Shown one piece after another: positions 20,544 to 29,989 of a DNA stretch of 64,000 nucleotides. The notes beneath the pieces were generated by a model. That model searched no databases, was not told the DNA's origin, and worked only from the letters and a program-made list of their open reading frames with translations. The DNA comes from Chloroflexota bacterium (lineage in GTDB: Bacteria; Chloroflexota; Anaerolineae; B4-G1), in assembly GCA_012514315.1 (NCBI GenBank), contig JAAZAN010000111.1:1000-64999 (forward strand). The letters run 5' to 3'. Within the stretch, counting starts at the first letter, position 1; each line of letters starts with the position of its first letter. The position numbers and the translations under genes were made by a program.

Positions 20544-22667
20544 ATGATGGGGAAGCGAGTATGGAAGTGGGTTGTGATTCCACTGCTGTTCTTCAGTGTA
20601 GCCACCTCGGTGTTGACGTTCCCTATGGTCCTGAATCTGAAGGACGCTGTGCTGGACCCGGCTGATCCAATGCTCAATGCGTGGATTCTGGCGTGGGACG
20701 CACATATCCTGCCGCGGGATCCCCTGGCGCTGTTTCACGCCAACGATTTCTATCCGTACTCCAACACGTTGGCCTATTCCGAGACACTTCTGGGACAGGC
20801 GCTGTACACGTCACCGCTCATCTGGTTGACCCGGAACCCAATCCTGGCTGTGAATGTTGTATGGTTGATGTCATTCATCACGTCCGGTTGGGGAATGTAT
20901 GCACTGGTTTACCATTTCACGCGGCGGACCGGCGCGGCGCTTGTCGCAGGGATGATCTTCGCGTTCAACCCATTTCGTTTCGCGCATCTCGATCACATCC
21001 AGCTTCTCACGGCGCAATGGGTTCCGTGGGCGTTTCTCTTTCTCGACCAGTTGATCAGCCGACGCCGTTGGCGCGATGCTGTCTGTTTCACGTTCTTCCT
21101 CAATCTGCAGGTGCTGTCCTGCTATTACTACGCGTTGTTCCTCGCTGTTGCCGTCGTGGTGCTGCTGGCCGGATACTGGCTGCTGGACCGGAGGCGCTTT
21201 GACCGCAGGGCCCTGCTTCTTCTACTGATTTCCGCAGGGATCACGCTCACGATACAGGTTCCTTTGAGTATGCCCTATTTCACGGTCTCCAGAGCGATGG
21301 ACTTCGAGCGCTCTTTGGATGATGTCATCCGTGGAGGGGCCGACCTGATGGACTTCATCACTGCCCCAGAGGGAAACCGCCTGTACGGGGATCTGACTGA
21401 ACGGCTGCGGGGAGAGGGGTGGTGGGAGCATGTCACATTTCCCGGCGCTGCTGCGTTTGTGATGGGGCTCATCGGGCTGGTTTGTGGGACGCGTGGTGAG
21501 CCGGGGGCCTGGAGAGCGAGAAGGCTTTACCTGCTTGTCACAGGCGTCTCGCTGGTTCTCTCCCTTGGGCCAGCCCTGCGTCTTGATGGCCGCATGCTGT
21601 TCTCCCCACTCCCGTATCGTCTGCTGTACGAAGCGGCGCCTGGGTTTCGAGCGGTCCGTCAGCCCGCGCGCTTTCATATGTTCACGATGGCGGGCCTCAG
21701 TGTTCTGGCCGGCTTGGGTGTCGCGTCTACTATCGCGCGTATCCGGCGGGCCAGCTGGCACAAGGGGCTCCTTCTGGTACTCGTCGGTCTGATCGGTGTG
21801 GAGAACCTGGCGATTCCTCTAGCGTTCGGCCGCGCGCCGCTGGCGGGAAGCATTCCGCCCGTATACGAATGGCTCGCTGCCCAGCCGGGCACCGAGCCGG
21901 TGCTTGAACTGCCGATCTTGATGGATGTGGGAGCGGTGGAATCGCCGCGGCTGTACTACTCTACGTTCCACTGGAAGCATCTGGTCAACGGATACGGTGG
22001 CTTCTTTCCACCGGTGTATGGTCACTTCCTGTTCTTCGATAGGGAGTTCCCCTCCCAACCCTATCCGTGGATCCTTGGGTTGGGCGTGCGATATGTCGTA
22101 CTGCATCGTTGGCAGTACGATCCGCACGAGCTGGAAGAGATGGATCGCGAGCTAGAAGGGTTTGGGGACCGGTTGCGGTTAGCGGTAGATTGCGGAGACG
22201 ATCAGGTGTATGAGGTCATCCAGCCAGGGACCGGTATGCCCAATCGACCCTTGTCGGATGTGAACTGGGGTGGATATGCCGTGCTCCTGGGGTATGTCCT
22301 GGATCCCCCCACTGTACGGCCAGGGGATCTGGTTGAGGTGAAGCTCTTCTGGCAGCGACGTGATTCGATGGCGGCGGATTACACGGTCTTTGTTCACGTT
22401 CTGGACGATGCTGGAGCGTTGGTTAGCCAGCACGATGGGCAGCCAGTGTACGGAGAGCGTCCGACATCCACGTGGAGACTGGATGAAGTTGTGGTTGATG
22501 TGCATCCAATCGTGATTCCGACGAGTACCTATCCCGGTGCGTATGAGGTGACCGTGGGAATGTATGACCTGGGTACTATGGATCGGTTGCCACTTCATGG
22601 GGTTGATGGTATGATGCTGACGGACTCGCTCCGTCTGGGGCGTCTGCAGGTGATGGATCAAGAGTGA
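20544..22667 (+). CDS. YfhO-like multi-pass membrane protein (putative GT-C) with an Ig-like domain
   Basis: DPMLNAWILAW, LAYSE, RQPARF, LVNGYGGF; GGAG RBS before ATG 20544. Confidence 0.8.
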   Translation: MMGKRVWKWVVIPLLFFSVATSVLTFPMVLNLKDAVLDPADPMLNAWILAWDAHILPRDPLALFHANDFYPYSNTLAYSETLLGQALYTSPLIWLTRNPILAVNVVWLMSFITSGWGMYALVYHFTRRTGAALVAGMIFAFNPFRFAHLDHIQLLTAQWVPWAFLFLDQLISRRRWRDAVCFTFFLNLQVLSCYYYALFLAVAVVVLLAGYWLLDRRRFDRRALLLLLISAGITLTIQVPLSMPYFTVSRAMDFERSLDDVIRGGADLMDFITAPEGNRLYGDLTERLRGEGWWEHVTFPGAAAFVMGLIGLVCGTRGEPGAWRARRLYLLVTGVSLVLSLGPALRLDGRMLFSPLPYRLLYEAAPGFRAVRQPARFHMFTMAGLSVLAGLGVASTIARIRRASWHKGLLLVLVGLIGVENLAIPLAFGRAPLAGSIPPVYEWLAAQPGTEPVLELPILMDVGAVESPRLYYSTFHWKHLVNGYGGFFPPVYGHFLFFDREFPSQPYPWILGLGVRYVVLHRWQYDPHELEEMDRELEGFGDRLRLAVDCGDDQVYEVIQPGTGMPNRPLSDVNWGGYAVLLGYVLDPPTVRPGDLVEVKLFWQRRDSMAADYTVFVHVLDDAGALVSQHDGQPVYGERPTSTWRLDEVVVDVHPIVIPTSTYPGAYEVTVGMYDLGTMDRLPLHGVDGMMLTDSLRLGRLQVMDQE

Positions 22668-22683
22668 GAGGAGGGTCATACCC

Positions 22684-23763
22684 TTGAAGAGACTCAGGTC
22701 GATAAGATGGTTGGTCATTTCACTACTGGCATGCACCGTGGTTGCGCTTCCTGCTGCGCAGGCCCATGATGGGAACTTCTATAACTTCGACTGGGAGGAC
22801 TTCTGGAAAGAGTACAAAGAGTGGGGATATCCGGACGGGAGCCGTTTGCCCTGCAACGGAAGTGGCGAGTACTCGTGTACCTGGGCGTGGCAACCGTGGT
22901 ATGAGCACGGTACCGACATCCCCCGCTTCGACTCGGAACGGTATGCTGGGCGCACTGTGAGTGGATATGCGCTGATGATGTATTGGTATGGGGGGGGGAA
23001 GAATCTCAACGGCGGCGTGTTCCGCCGCGAGACAGTTCAGCCATGCCACACCTACCGGTTCACGATGTACGCGCGTTCAGGGCTTGAGGCGCAACATCCC
23101 CCTACCACCAATGCCCGGATGCAGGTGGGCATCTCGCCGACCGGCGATTATCCTGACCAAGTGGTGTTAACGCCTGACCGCATTGCTGCGATTACCTGGT
23201 CGGCCCCCAGTAACTCGCAGTATGCTTACGTGAATCAGTCGGTCCAGGCCGAGGCTCAGGGCAATACGATGACGGTCTTCACGCGAGCCGACACCGATCC
23301 CAACAACGAGCCGTACATATATTGGGATGAGGGATCATTCACCGAGGTGACCCGTCAAGGTAATCTAATTGATGCCAGCCAACCTCTGCCGGCGTCCACC
23401 GGGGGAATCTACAACGTGCAGGCAGCGGTGATCAACAGCCAGAGTGCCCAGGTATCGTGGAATACCGGCAGTAGCTCGATGCTTGGACAAGTGCTGTATC
23501 GCCCAGTGGGTTCCACGCAGACGATCAGCCCGACGGACACGATGACCTATCATGTCCACCTCCCCTTCGTCGTTGGTGGAGTGGTGAGCGATTGGCAATA
23601 TTCCCCCGTAGATGCGTGGGGGACTGCCCACGCGATCACGTTGGCGAGCCTTCAGCCAAGCACGATGTATGAGTATATCGTCGTAGCGTATGGGTACACG
23701 GGCGGGGCCTGCGGGACCCTGGTGTCGGAAACATCCGAACCACGGAAGTTCCAGACACCGTGA
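22684..23763 (+). CDS. Secreted protein with a CBM-like jelly-roll domain and an Fn3-like domain
   Basis: Signal peptide ending AQA; GGVFRR..V.PC..YRF..YARS..RMQVGISPTG; Fn3-like SWNT...H.I.L..LQP.T.Y; paralog of 44612..46111. Confidence 0.75.
   Translation: MKRLRSIRWLVISLLACTVVALPAAQAHDGNFYNFDWEDFWKEYKEWGYPDGSRLPCNGSGEYSCTWAWQPWYEHGTDIPRFDSERYAGRTVSGYALMMYWYGGGKNLNGGVFRRETVQPCHTYRFTMYARSGLEAQHPPTTNARMQVGISPTGDYPDQVVLTPDRIAAITWSAPSNSQYAYVNQSVQAEAQGNTMTVFTRADTDPNNEPYIYWDEGSFTEVTRQGNLIDASQPLPASTGGIYNVQAAVINSQSAQVSWNTGSSSMLGQVLYRPVGSTQTISPTDTMTYHVHLPFVVGGVVSDWQYSPVDAWGTAHAITLASLQPSTMYEYIVVAYGYTGGACGTLVSETSEPRKFQTP
22990..22998 (+). repeat. G9 homopolymer within a CDS (in frame)
   Basis: tat ggg ggg ggg aag; the longest homopolymer I noticed in the window. 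Confidence 0.9.
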
Positions 23764-23774
23764 ACTAGGTCAAC

Positions 23775-26234
23775 ATGCCCGGTGGGAGATTGACTCGCCG
23801 TTGGTCATCCAGTACGGGCGCGCGATGGCTCGCCGTGGCGTTGTTGCTGGTGATGTTCGCCCAGCTGACTGTTGGGGCCCGTCACCTGTCGATGACGTCC
23901 GACGAGCCATCGCACATTACGGCGGGCATTACCTATCTGGCGACCGGTGAGCTGTGGGTTCCGCCCCGACATGGGCACCCGCCGCTGATCAATGCGATTG
24001 CTGCCTGGCCGCTTCTTCTCCAGCCAGACCTACCCCGGTTTCAGGACCTGGCTGGGTGGGGGAATGACTTCTCCTCGTACGTCCGTGCTACGTGGCCTCT
24101 GTTGGGGCCCATTGAACGGCTGGCATGCATCACCAGACTGCCCATTATACTACTTGCTTTGGTGTTGGGCGCGCTGTTGTTTCGCTGGACCTGCGAACTC
24201 TGTGGACCCGTCGCAGGGGTTCTCGCAGTGTTCTGCATGACCTTCGACCCCAACTTGCTCGGCCACGCCCAGTTGGATACGACGGATCTGGGTATGGCGC
24301 TGACGGGCTTCGCGGCGCTATACGTGAGCTGGAGGATCGCGCTGAACCAACGTGCCCGGAGCTCTCCGTGGTGCCGGGCACGTTGGTCAGGTCCGATAGT
24401 CGCCGGCGTTCTGCTCGGTCTGACGTTGGCGGGGAAAGGTTCCGGCTTCCTGTACGCCCCGGCCATGGTCCTCACACTTGCGTGGGGATACACACCTGCG
24501 TGGTGGTCCCATCGGCGCCTGTCAGGCCTCTGGCGATGGGTTGGTCAGTGCGCGATAATCGGCATCACCGCATTGGCGATCCTCTGGGCGATCTATCGCT
24601 TCGAGGTTGGCCCATTGCCAGGAGGGCGGATTCCCCTGCCCTTTCCCAGCCATATCGGTCTGTGGCGCACCATCCTGCGGGATGCCGAGCGAAGTGCATT
24701 CCTGCGGGGCGAGACGAAAGTGGGTGGTTGGTGGTGGTACTTCCTCTACTCGACGGCGATCAAGACACCTATTCCCTTGTTGCTTGGGATAGTGGCGGTG
24801 ATGGCGGTCGCTTTGAGACAGGGTGCGCGTTGGTGGTGGCGCACGTTGCCGCTTTGGGCATTCCCTGCGATGTATTGGCTGGTAGCGATGCGCAGCAATA
24901 TGAATATCGGACATCGTCACTTGCTGCCTACATACCCGTTTCTGTACATCTTGATCGGGCAACTGGTGACATCCGTTGTCCGGATGCGGAAGAGTGCGAG
25001 GGCCGTCACCGTGGGGATAGTGGCGGTTCTGCTGGTCTGGTACGCTGGCGAGGCAATCGGGATCTATCCGTTCTACCTGGCCTACTTCAATCAACTGGTC
25101 GGTGGGCCCCGGAACGGCTACCGCCACCTGGCCGATTCGAACGTGGACTGGGGGCAATCGTTCATCGCGCTTCGGGAGTGGATGGAGCGAGAGTCCGTTG
25201 ATGTTGTGCGCCTGAGCTACTATACCTATGTCGATCCTTCAGTTTACGGCGTGTGCTATGAGCCGCTGCCGCCTGCACTCGGGGCAACTGAGGATGCCAT
25301 TTCACGCTTCGCTCCGCAGCCCGGAATGTACGCGATTAGTGCTACACCGCTCCAGGGTGTGATGACCGCTCAGGCCGATCTCTATGATTGGTTTCGTCAT
25401 CGCGAGCCTGACGCTCAGATCGGCTATGGTCTGCTGATCTACGCGGTGCAGCCTGAAGACGTTGCGATCGAGTGGGTCGCTCAATGCTCGATGCCGGTGG
25501 CTCCTCTGTCGCCGGTTGATATCCACTCTGGAGAAGGGAGGCCGGTCCGCATCTCGTACTTCGATTGCACTAAGGGCTGGATCTATCCAACGGGAAGTAT
25601 CCGTCCCGGTCACACTATTCTGGCCCGTGACAGCGATACGCTGACGAGGCCCTTCGTGCGCGAGAGGCTGGATAGGGGAAGGCTGGTCTATGAACAGCGA
25701 CTGCCTGGGGATGTGCCTGCCTTTGTGGTGTATGCTCACGATGCGAATGGCGCCGCTATGCCGACGGGGCAGACTGGCTGGGCGGCTCCTTCTGAATGGC
25801 CGCCCGCGCAAGTGACCTCTGAAGGGGATGAGACTCCGCTCCCGGCTGAGTTGGACGGCCCTCTGACGTTTCTGGGGCATTCGGTGAGTTCTGCGCCTCA
25901 TCTCGTGGGGGGGCAGGTCGCTATGGACTCGTACTGGCGCGTCGTGGGCTCTGCCGATGGACGCTGGCTCTCGATCATGGCGCATATCCTCGCGGATGAC
26001 GGTCGCCTGATCTCTGGAGATGATGGGCTGGGCGTCCCCATCGATCAATGGCGAGCTGGAGACGTGATCGTCCAGCACCATGTCATGGAGCTGTCTGCGG
26101 ATGTACTTCCAGGGCGCTACTGGGTGGAGACAGGTGCATACTGGCTGGATTCCCACGAACGTTGGGGTGTTCTCAAGAATGGCCATGCAGTGGGCGATCG
26201 TCTGATTGTAGGAGAGATACGGGTTGAGCCATGA
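23775..26234 (+). CDS. GT-C (ArnT/PMT family) glycosyltransferase, paralog group A
   Basis: MTSDEPSH, DPNLLGHAQLDTTD, NIGHRHLLP, DSNVDWGQ. Confidence 0.88.
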   Translation: MPGGRLTRRWSSSTGARWLAVALLLVMFAQLTVGARHLSMTSDEPSHITAGITYLATGELWVPPRHGHPPLINAIAAWPLLLQPDLPRFQDLAGWGNDFSSYVRATWPLLGPIERLACITRLPIILLALVLGALLFRWTCELCGPVAGVLAVFCMTFDPNLLGHAQLDTTDLGMALTGFAALYVSWRIALNQRARSSPWCRARWSGPIVAGVLLGLTLAGKGSGFLYAPAMVLTLAWGYTPAWWSHRRLSGLWRWVGQCAIIGITALAILWAIYRFEVGPLPGGRIPLPFPSHIGLWRTILRDAERSAFLRGETKVGGWWWYFLYSTAIKTPIPLLLGIVAVMAVALRQGARWWWRTLPLWAFPAMYWLVAMRSNMNIGHRHLLPTYPFLYILIGQLVTSVVRMRKSARAVTVGIVAVLLVWYAGEAIGIYPFYLAYFNQLVGGPRNGYRHLADSNVDWGQSFIALREWMERESVDVVRLSYYTYVDPSVYGVCYEPLPPALGATEDAISRFAPQPGMYAISATPLQGVMTAQADLYDWFRHREPDAQIGYGLLIYAVQPEDVAIEWVAQCSMPVAPLSPVDIHSGEGRPVRISYFDCTKGWIYPTGSIRPGHTILARDSDTLTRPFVRERLDRGRLVYEQRLPGDVPAFVVYAHDANGAAMPTGQTGWAAPSEWPPAQVTSEGDETPLPAELDGPLTFLGHSVSSAPHLVGGQVAMDSYWRVVGSADGRWLSIMAHILADDGRLISGDDGLGVPIDQWRAGDVIVQHHVMELSADVLPGRYWVETGAYWLDSHERWGVLKNGHAVGDRLIVGEIRVEP

Positions 26235-27786
26235 ACGTCGCCTGACTCTGTGGTGCATGATCGGCATTCTGTTGCTGGGCGCGGCGCTGCGCTTCGTCGC
26301 GTTGGAGCATTCCCCGCCTGGCCTGGCGCCGGATGAGGCCAGTAATGGCTACGATGCCTACTCTATCGCGCTGACAGGGCGAGATCAGCACGGCAACCTA
26401 TTGCCGACCGTGATGGCGAGCCTCAATGACTATCGGATGCCTGCGTTCATCTACGCAGCGACGCCTTTCGTAGGCGTCCTGGGATTGTCGGTAACCAGCA
26501 TTCGCATGACGGCAGCGATGTTGGGCTGGCTCGGCCTGCCCCTGATCTATTGGCTCGGCGCCCATATGGTGAATCGACGGGCAGGCCTCATCGCGGCTCT
26601 TCTGCTGGCCCTTTCACCGTGGCACTTCCCTCTGAGCCGGATTGGGTTGGAGTTCAGTATGGTCTCGCTGTTGGTCACCGCCTCCGTCGCTGCTGTCTGG
26701 GCGTGGCATATGGGTGGCCATCAGGTCGGGTGGGCGTTGGGCGCTGCGGTGCTGTTTGGCTTGACGCTATACACTCATTCTGCCATGAAGCTGCTGGCGC
26801 CAGCTATGATGGCCGGGCTTGCCGTGCTGCTGTGGCCCGAGGTCAGGCGCCATCCCCGCCAAGTCGCCCTGCTAGCTGGTATCTGCGGTGTGATGGCGCT
26901 GCCTATTCTCATCGATACATGGCGTATTCCCGAGATGATGCAGGCTCGCTATGCACAGGTGGCAGTTTTCGCCCCAGACCGTCCGTTCGGCGACGCCACG
27001 CGCGAAGCGTTGGCCAACTGGGCCGCTCAGATTTCCCCGTCGTTTCTTTTCCTGCTGGGCGACACGGATGCGCTTCGCCATCCACCCGGGATGGGGCAGT
27101 TGTACTGGATTCAGGCCCCGCTGTTGGCCCTGTCTCTGGTCTGTGGTGTATGTATGAGGCGCTATCGAAAGGCGCTCGGACTGCTTATTCTCTGGGTTGC
27201 GCTGGCGGGTGTACCGGTCGCACTGACGAGTCTGGACAGCCAGACGGGACATGCGACTCGCTCCGCCTCGGCCATTGTGCCGTGGCAGGTGTTGTCAGCG
27301 GCAGGCTTTGCCTGGGTCTGGGACCGATGGCGCAGATGGCACGCCGTTCTGATTGTCCTGTTCCTCTTGGGGTTGTTAGTGCAGGGAACGCCGTACATGA
27401 CCCATTACTTCACCGATTATCCCAGGGAGGTTGCTTTGCGTTTCGATGATGGGATGCGCCAGGTTGTGGAGACTATGGATGCGTTTGATGATGCTCACGA
27501 TGTCGTCGTCTTCACAGAGCAAGCGAGCTGGCCCTATCTGCATATTCTGTTCTTCACCCAGTATGATCCGGGTCTGCTGCAGACCGATCTGCCTGTGCGC
27601 GGCTCAGAACTGTTCGCGCCGGTGACACGAGTCGGCAAGTACGTTATCGGCGATGTCGAGAGGATGTATGGCGAGCTGAATCATGGGCTGTTTGTAATGC
27701 CGGAGTGGATGTTGCCTGGCGTCGAACCGTTGGCAGTGACCTATCGATCGAATGGAACATCGGCCTACAAAATAGTGGAAAAGTGA
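26224..27786 (+). CDS. GT-C (ArnT/PMT family) glycosyltransferase without an Ig-like tail
   Basis: PPGLAPDEASNGYDAYSI..TGRDQHG, SPWHFPLSR; TTG start with GGAG RBS. Confidence 0.87.
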   Translation: MSHERRLTLWCMIGILLLGAALRFVALEHSPPGLAPDEASNGYDAYSIALTGRDQHGNLLPTVMASLNDYRMPAFIYAATPFVGVLGLSVTSIRMTAAMLGWLGLPLIYWLGAHMVNRRAGLIAALLLALSPWHFPLSRIGLEFSMVSLLVTASVAAVWAWHMGGHQVGWALGAAVLFGLTLYTHSAMKLLAPAMMAGLAVLLWPEVRRHPRQVALLAGICGVMALPILIDTWRIPEMMQARYAQVAVFAPDRPFGDATREALANWAAQISPSFLFLLGDTDALRHPPGMGQLYWIQAPLLALSLVCGVCMRRYRKALGLLILWVALAGVPVALTSLDSQTGHATRSASAIVPWQVLSAAGFAWVWDRWRRWHAVLIVLFLLGLLVQGTPYMTHYFTDYPREVALRFDDGMRQVVETMDAFDDAHDVVVFTEQASWPYLHILFFTQYDPGLLQTDLPVRGSELFAPVTRVGKYVIGDVERMYGELNHGLFVMPEWMLPGVEPLAVTYRSNGTSAYKIVEK

Positions 27787-27799
27787 TGGCAGGAGATCA

Positions 27800-29197
27800 A
27801 TGAAGATGTTTTTGTTGCGTCGCACTCCGATCAGGTTATCTCTCGCAGTCGCGTTGTTGGTGGGTGTATTGGGACTGATGCATGTAGCGGCGGCGGCTTC
27901 GTCCGATCAGCAGAGCAAGTCTGACTGCGCTGCCCTGCTGTCAGATGATGCTGTGTGGGCGGCTACCGACGAGGTGCTCGTTCCGGCCGGACCGTTCTCT
28001 ATGGGGTGTTCTGGGGATCTATCGAGCGTGAAATGCGACCAGGACGCACGCCCTATTCACACCGTGTACGTCAGTGCGTTCTACATCGATCGTACAGAGG
28101 TCACGAATAGCCAGTATGCTGCCTGCGTCGCTGCAGGTGCGTGTCGCGCGCCTCTCTCGCGAAGGTCCGCGACCCGGTCAGATTACTACACCAACCCCCT
28201 CTATCGGGATCATCCTGTCCTGCATGTCGACTGGGCTCGGGCGAATGAGTACTGTGTGTGGAGAGGAAAGCGACTGCCCACCGAGGCCGAGTGGGAGAAA
28301 GCTGCACGTGGGACAGACCTTCGATTGTTTGCGTGGGGAGATAGTTTTCCGACCTGTGAGCGGGCGAATCTGGCGCTGTATACCAGTACGGGGGAAGTGG
28401 TGCACTGTCAGCCGGACACGGTCGCGGTGGGTAGTTACTCATCTGGCGCCAGCCCCTACGGTGCATTGGACATGATGGGCAACGTTCGGGAATGGGTCAA
28501 CGATCTCTACGAGAGCCGCTACTACTACGATTCTCCCTACTTCAACCCTGTTGGCCCGGCTACGACGGACAAGATGGAGAGTCTGGTGCGTGGAGGGTCC
28601 TGGAAGGATCACATTGACGGGGGAAACAATACATGGGTTCGGATTGACGAGGCGGGGATCTACGATGGAGAGGCCATCGGGTTTCGATGCGCCAGACCGA
28701 CAATGGATCCGCCTCGTGCCCCTACGCCGACACCGACGCCCTATGCCTCTGTAGTAATCGGGCAGGATGGCGGCGCCTTCTGGTTAGCTGATTCAGAGCA
28801 CCTGACACTGCTCAGTGTGCCGTCTGGGACTTTGCCCGTGGATACGGTGTTCACACTCTCTCATAGCGCTCAATCCAACATCCAGGGTGAGCTGCAGGGT
28901 CTCGATCACTTCGTATACCTGGATACCCACCCGCCTCTGCCGGTATCTGGGATTGCCTCAATGGACGCTGCCGGGCCGCAAGTCGAGCTTACGCTGGGAT
29001 ACTCTCGATTGAGGGGGGTGATTCCGGAGACTATCAGTCTGTACCATCTTGAGTCAACCGGTTGGCTCACGAGCGGCATCACTGTGGTCAAACAGCATAG
29101 CCATCATCTTGTGGCCTGGGTCGAGCGAACCGGGGTGTATGGTGTGCTGGGCAGAACAAACCGACGTTATTTGCCTGTCCTCGTGCGGGGTGACTAG
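27800..29197 (+). CDS. Secreted FGE-sulfatase (SUMF1/C-type-lectin fold) domain protein with PT linker and C-terminal YLPVLVR tail
   Basis: Signal peptide; FYIDRTEVTN, RLPTEAEWEKAARG, DMMGNVREW, RGGSW, GFRCA. Confidence 0.9.
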   Translation: MKMFLLRRTPIRLSLAVALLVGVLGLMHVAAAASSDQQSKSDCAALLSDDAVWAATDEVLVPAGPFSMGCSGDLSSVKCDQDARPIHTVYVSAFYIDRTEVTNSQYAACVAAGACRAPLSRRSATRSDYYTNPLYRDHPVLHVDWARANEYCVWRGKRLPTEAEWEKAARGTDLRLFAWGDSFPTCERANLALYTSTGEVVHCQPDTVAVGSYSSGASPYGALDMMGNVREWVNDLYESRYYYDSPYFNPVGPATTDKMESLVRGGSWKDHIDGGNNTWVRIDEAGIYDGEAIGFRCARPTMDPPRAPTPTPTPYASVVIGQDGGAFWLADSEHLTLLSVPSGTLPVDTVFTLSHSAQSNIQGELQGLDHFVYLDTHPPLPVSGIASMDAAGPQVELTLGYSRLRGVIPETISLYHLESTGWLTSGITVVKQHSHHLVAWVERTGVYGVLGRTNRRYLPVLVRGD

Positions 29198-29225
29198 ACC
29201 GCACGCTCGGAGTTCCAGACAGGTG

Positions 29226-29254
29226 TTGACCGGATGATGTGACCATGGTATGAT
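29226..29254 (+). promoter_or_regulatory. Sigma70-type promoter of the DUF4956-VTC-CotH operon
   Basis: TTGACC-N17-TATGAT with extended -10 TG. Confidence 0.7.
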
Positions 29255-29323
29255 GACCTCCCGCGAGTTCACTGCGGACTAGAACGAGTCGACAAGTTGG
29301 ATCGATAGGTAGGTAAGGTCAAT

Positions 29324-29989
29324 ATGACGGTTCAAGCACCGTTTTCACTTGGCGCGCTCGCGCTGAACATGGCCATAGGGCTGATCCTGTCCCTCGTCGT
29401 GGCCTGGTACTACGAGTACTACGGTCAGTCGTTATCCAATCGCCGCAAGTTTGCACAGTTGTTGCCTGTCCTCACGTTGACGACAACCCTGGTGATCTCT
29501 ATCATCAAGTCGTCTCTGGCGCTGTCGTTGGGGCTGGTCGGTGCACTCTCCATCGTTCGGTTTCGCACGGCGATCAAAGAGCCGGAGGAGCTCATGTTCC
29601 TGTTCGTCGCAATTGCCATCGGCCTTGGGGTTGGCGCCGATCAGCGTTGGGCAGCGGCCATAGGTGTGCTTGTTGTGTTGGGCTACATGGCACTGCGAAT
29701 GGTGTTTGAGCGTAAGCGCGACACCCACAACCTGTACCTGAATGTGATGGTCGAGGAAAATGAGGGACAGGATTCACTCTTCAGTCGAGTGAACGCCCGC
29801 CTGCTGGAACACCTGGACGCAGTCGATTTTCGTCGCCTCGATAGCTGCAATGGCACGCTGCAGCTTACATACTTTGTCCAGTGTCGCTCACCCCAAGCGC
29901 TGAATGACTTGATTGATGACCTGAAGCGAACCTTCCCAGTCACTGAGGTGAGCTTCATGCAGCAGGAACAGGTGTTGGGGGGTAGTTGA
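29324..29989 (+). CDS. DUF4956 family membrane protein (MgtC/SapB-like TM region plus small C-terminal domain)
   Basis: SSLALSLGLVGALSIVRFRTAIKEPEEL signature. Confidence 0.9.
   Translation: MTVQAPFSLGALALNMAIGLILSLVVAWYYEYYGQSLSNRRKFAQLLPVLTLTTTLVISIIKSSLALSLGLVGALSIVRFRTAIKEPEELMFLFVAIAIGLGVGADQRWAAAIGVLVVLGYMALRMVFERKRDTHNLYLNVMVEENEGQDSLFSRVNARLLEHLDAVDFRRLDSCNGTLQLTYFVQCRSPQALNDLIDDLKRTFPVTEVSFMQQEQVLGGS

Noticed and set aside
24125-27449. Long overlapping or antisense ORFs (24125..25201, 25302..26267, 26550..27449 and similar)
   Set aside because: Shadow ORFs expected in GC-rich coding DNA; Arg/Pro-rich, no motifs or RBS, fully overlapping well-supported genes.
27800-29197. FGE/C-type-lectin-fold protein as a diversity-generating retroelement target
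   Set aside because: No reverse transcriptase and no second, adenine-variant copy of the RGGSW...GFRC region seen in the window.
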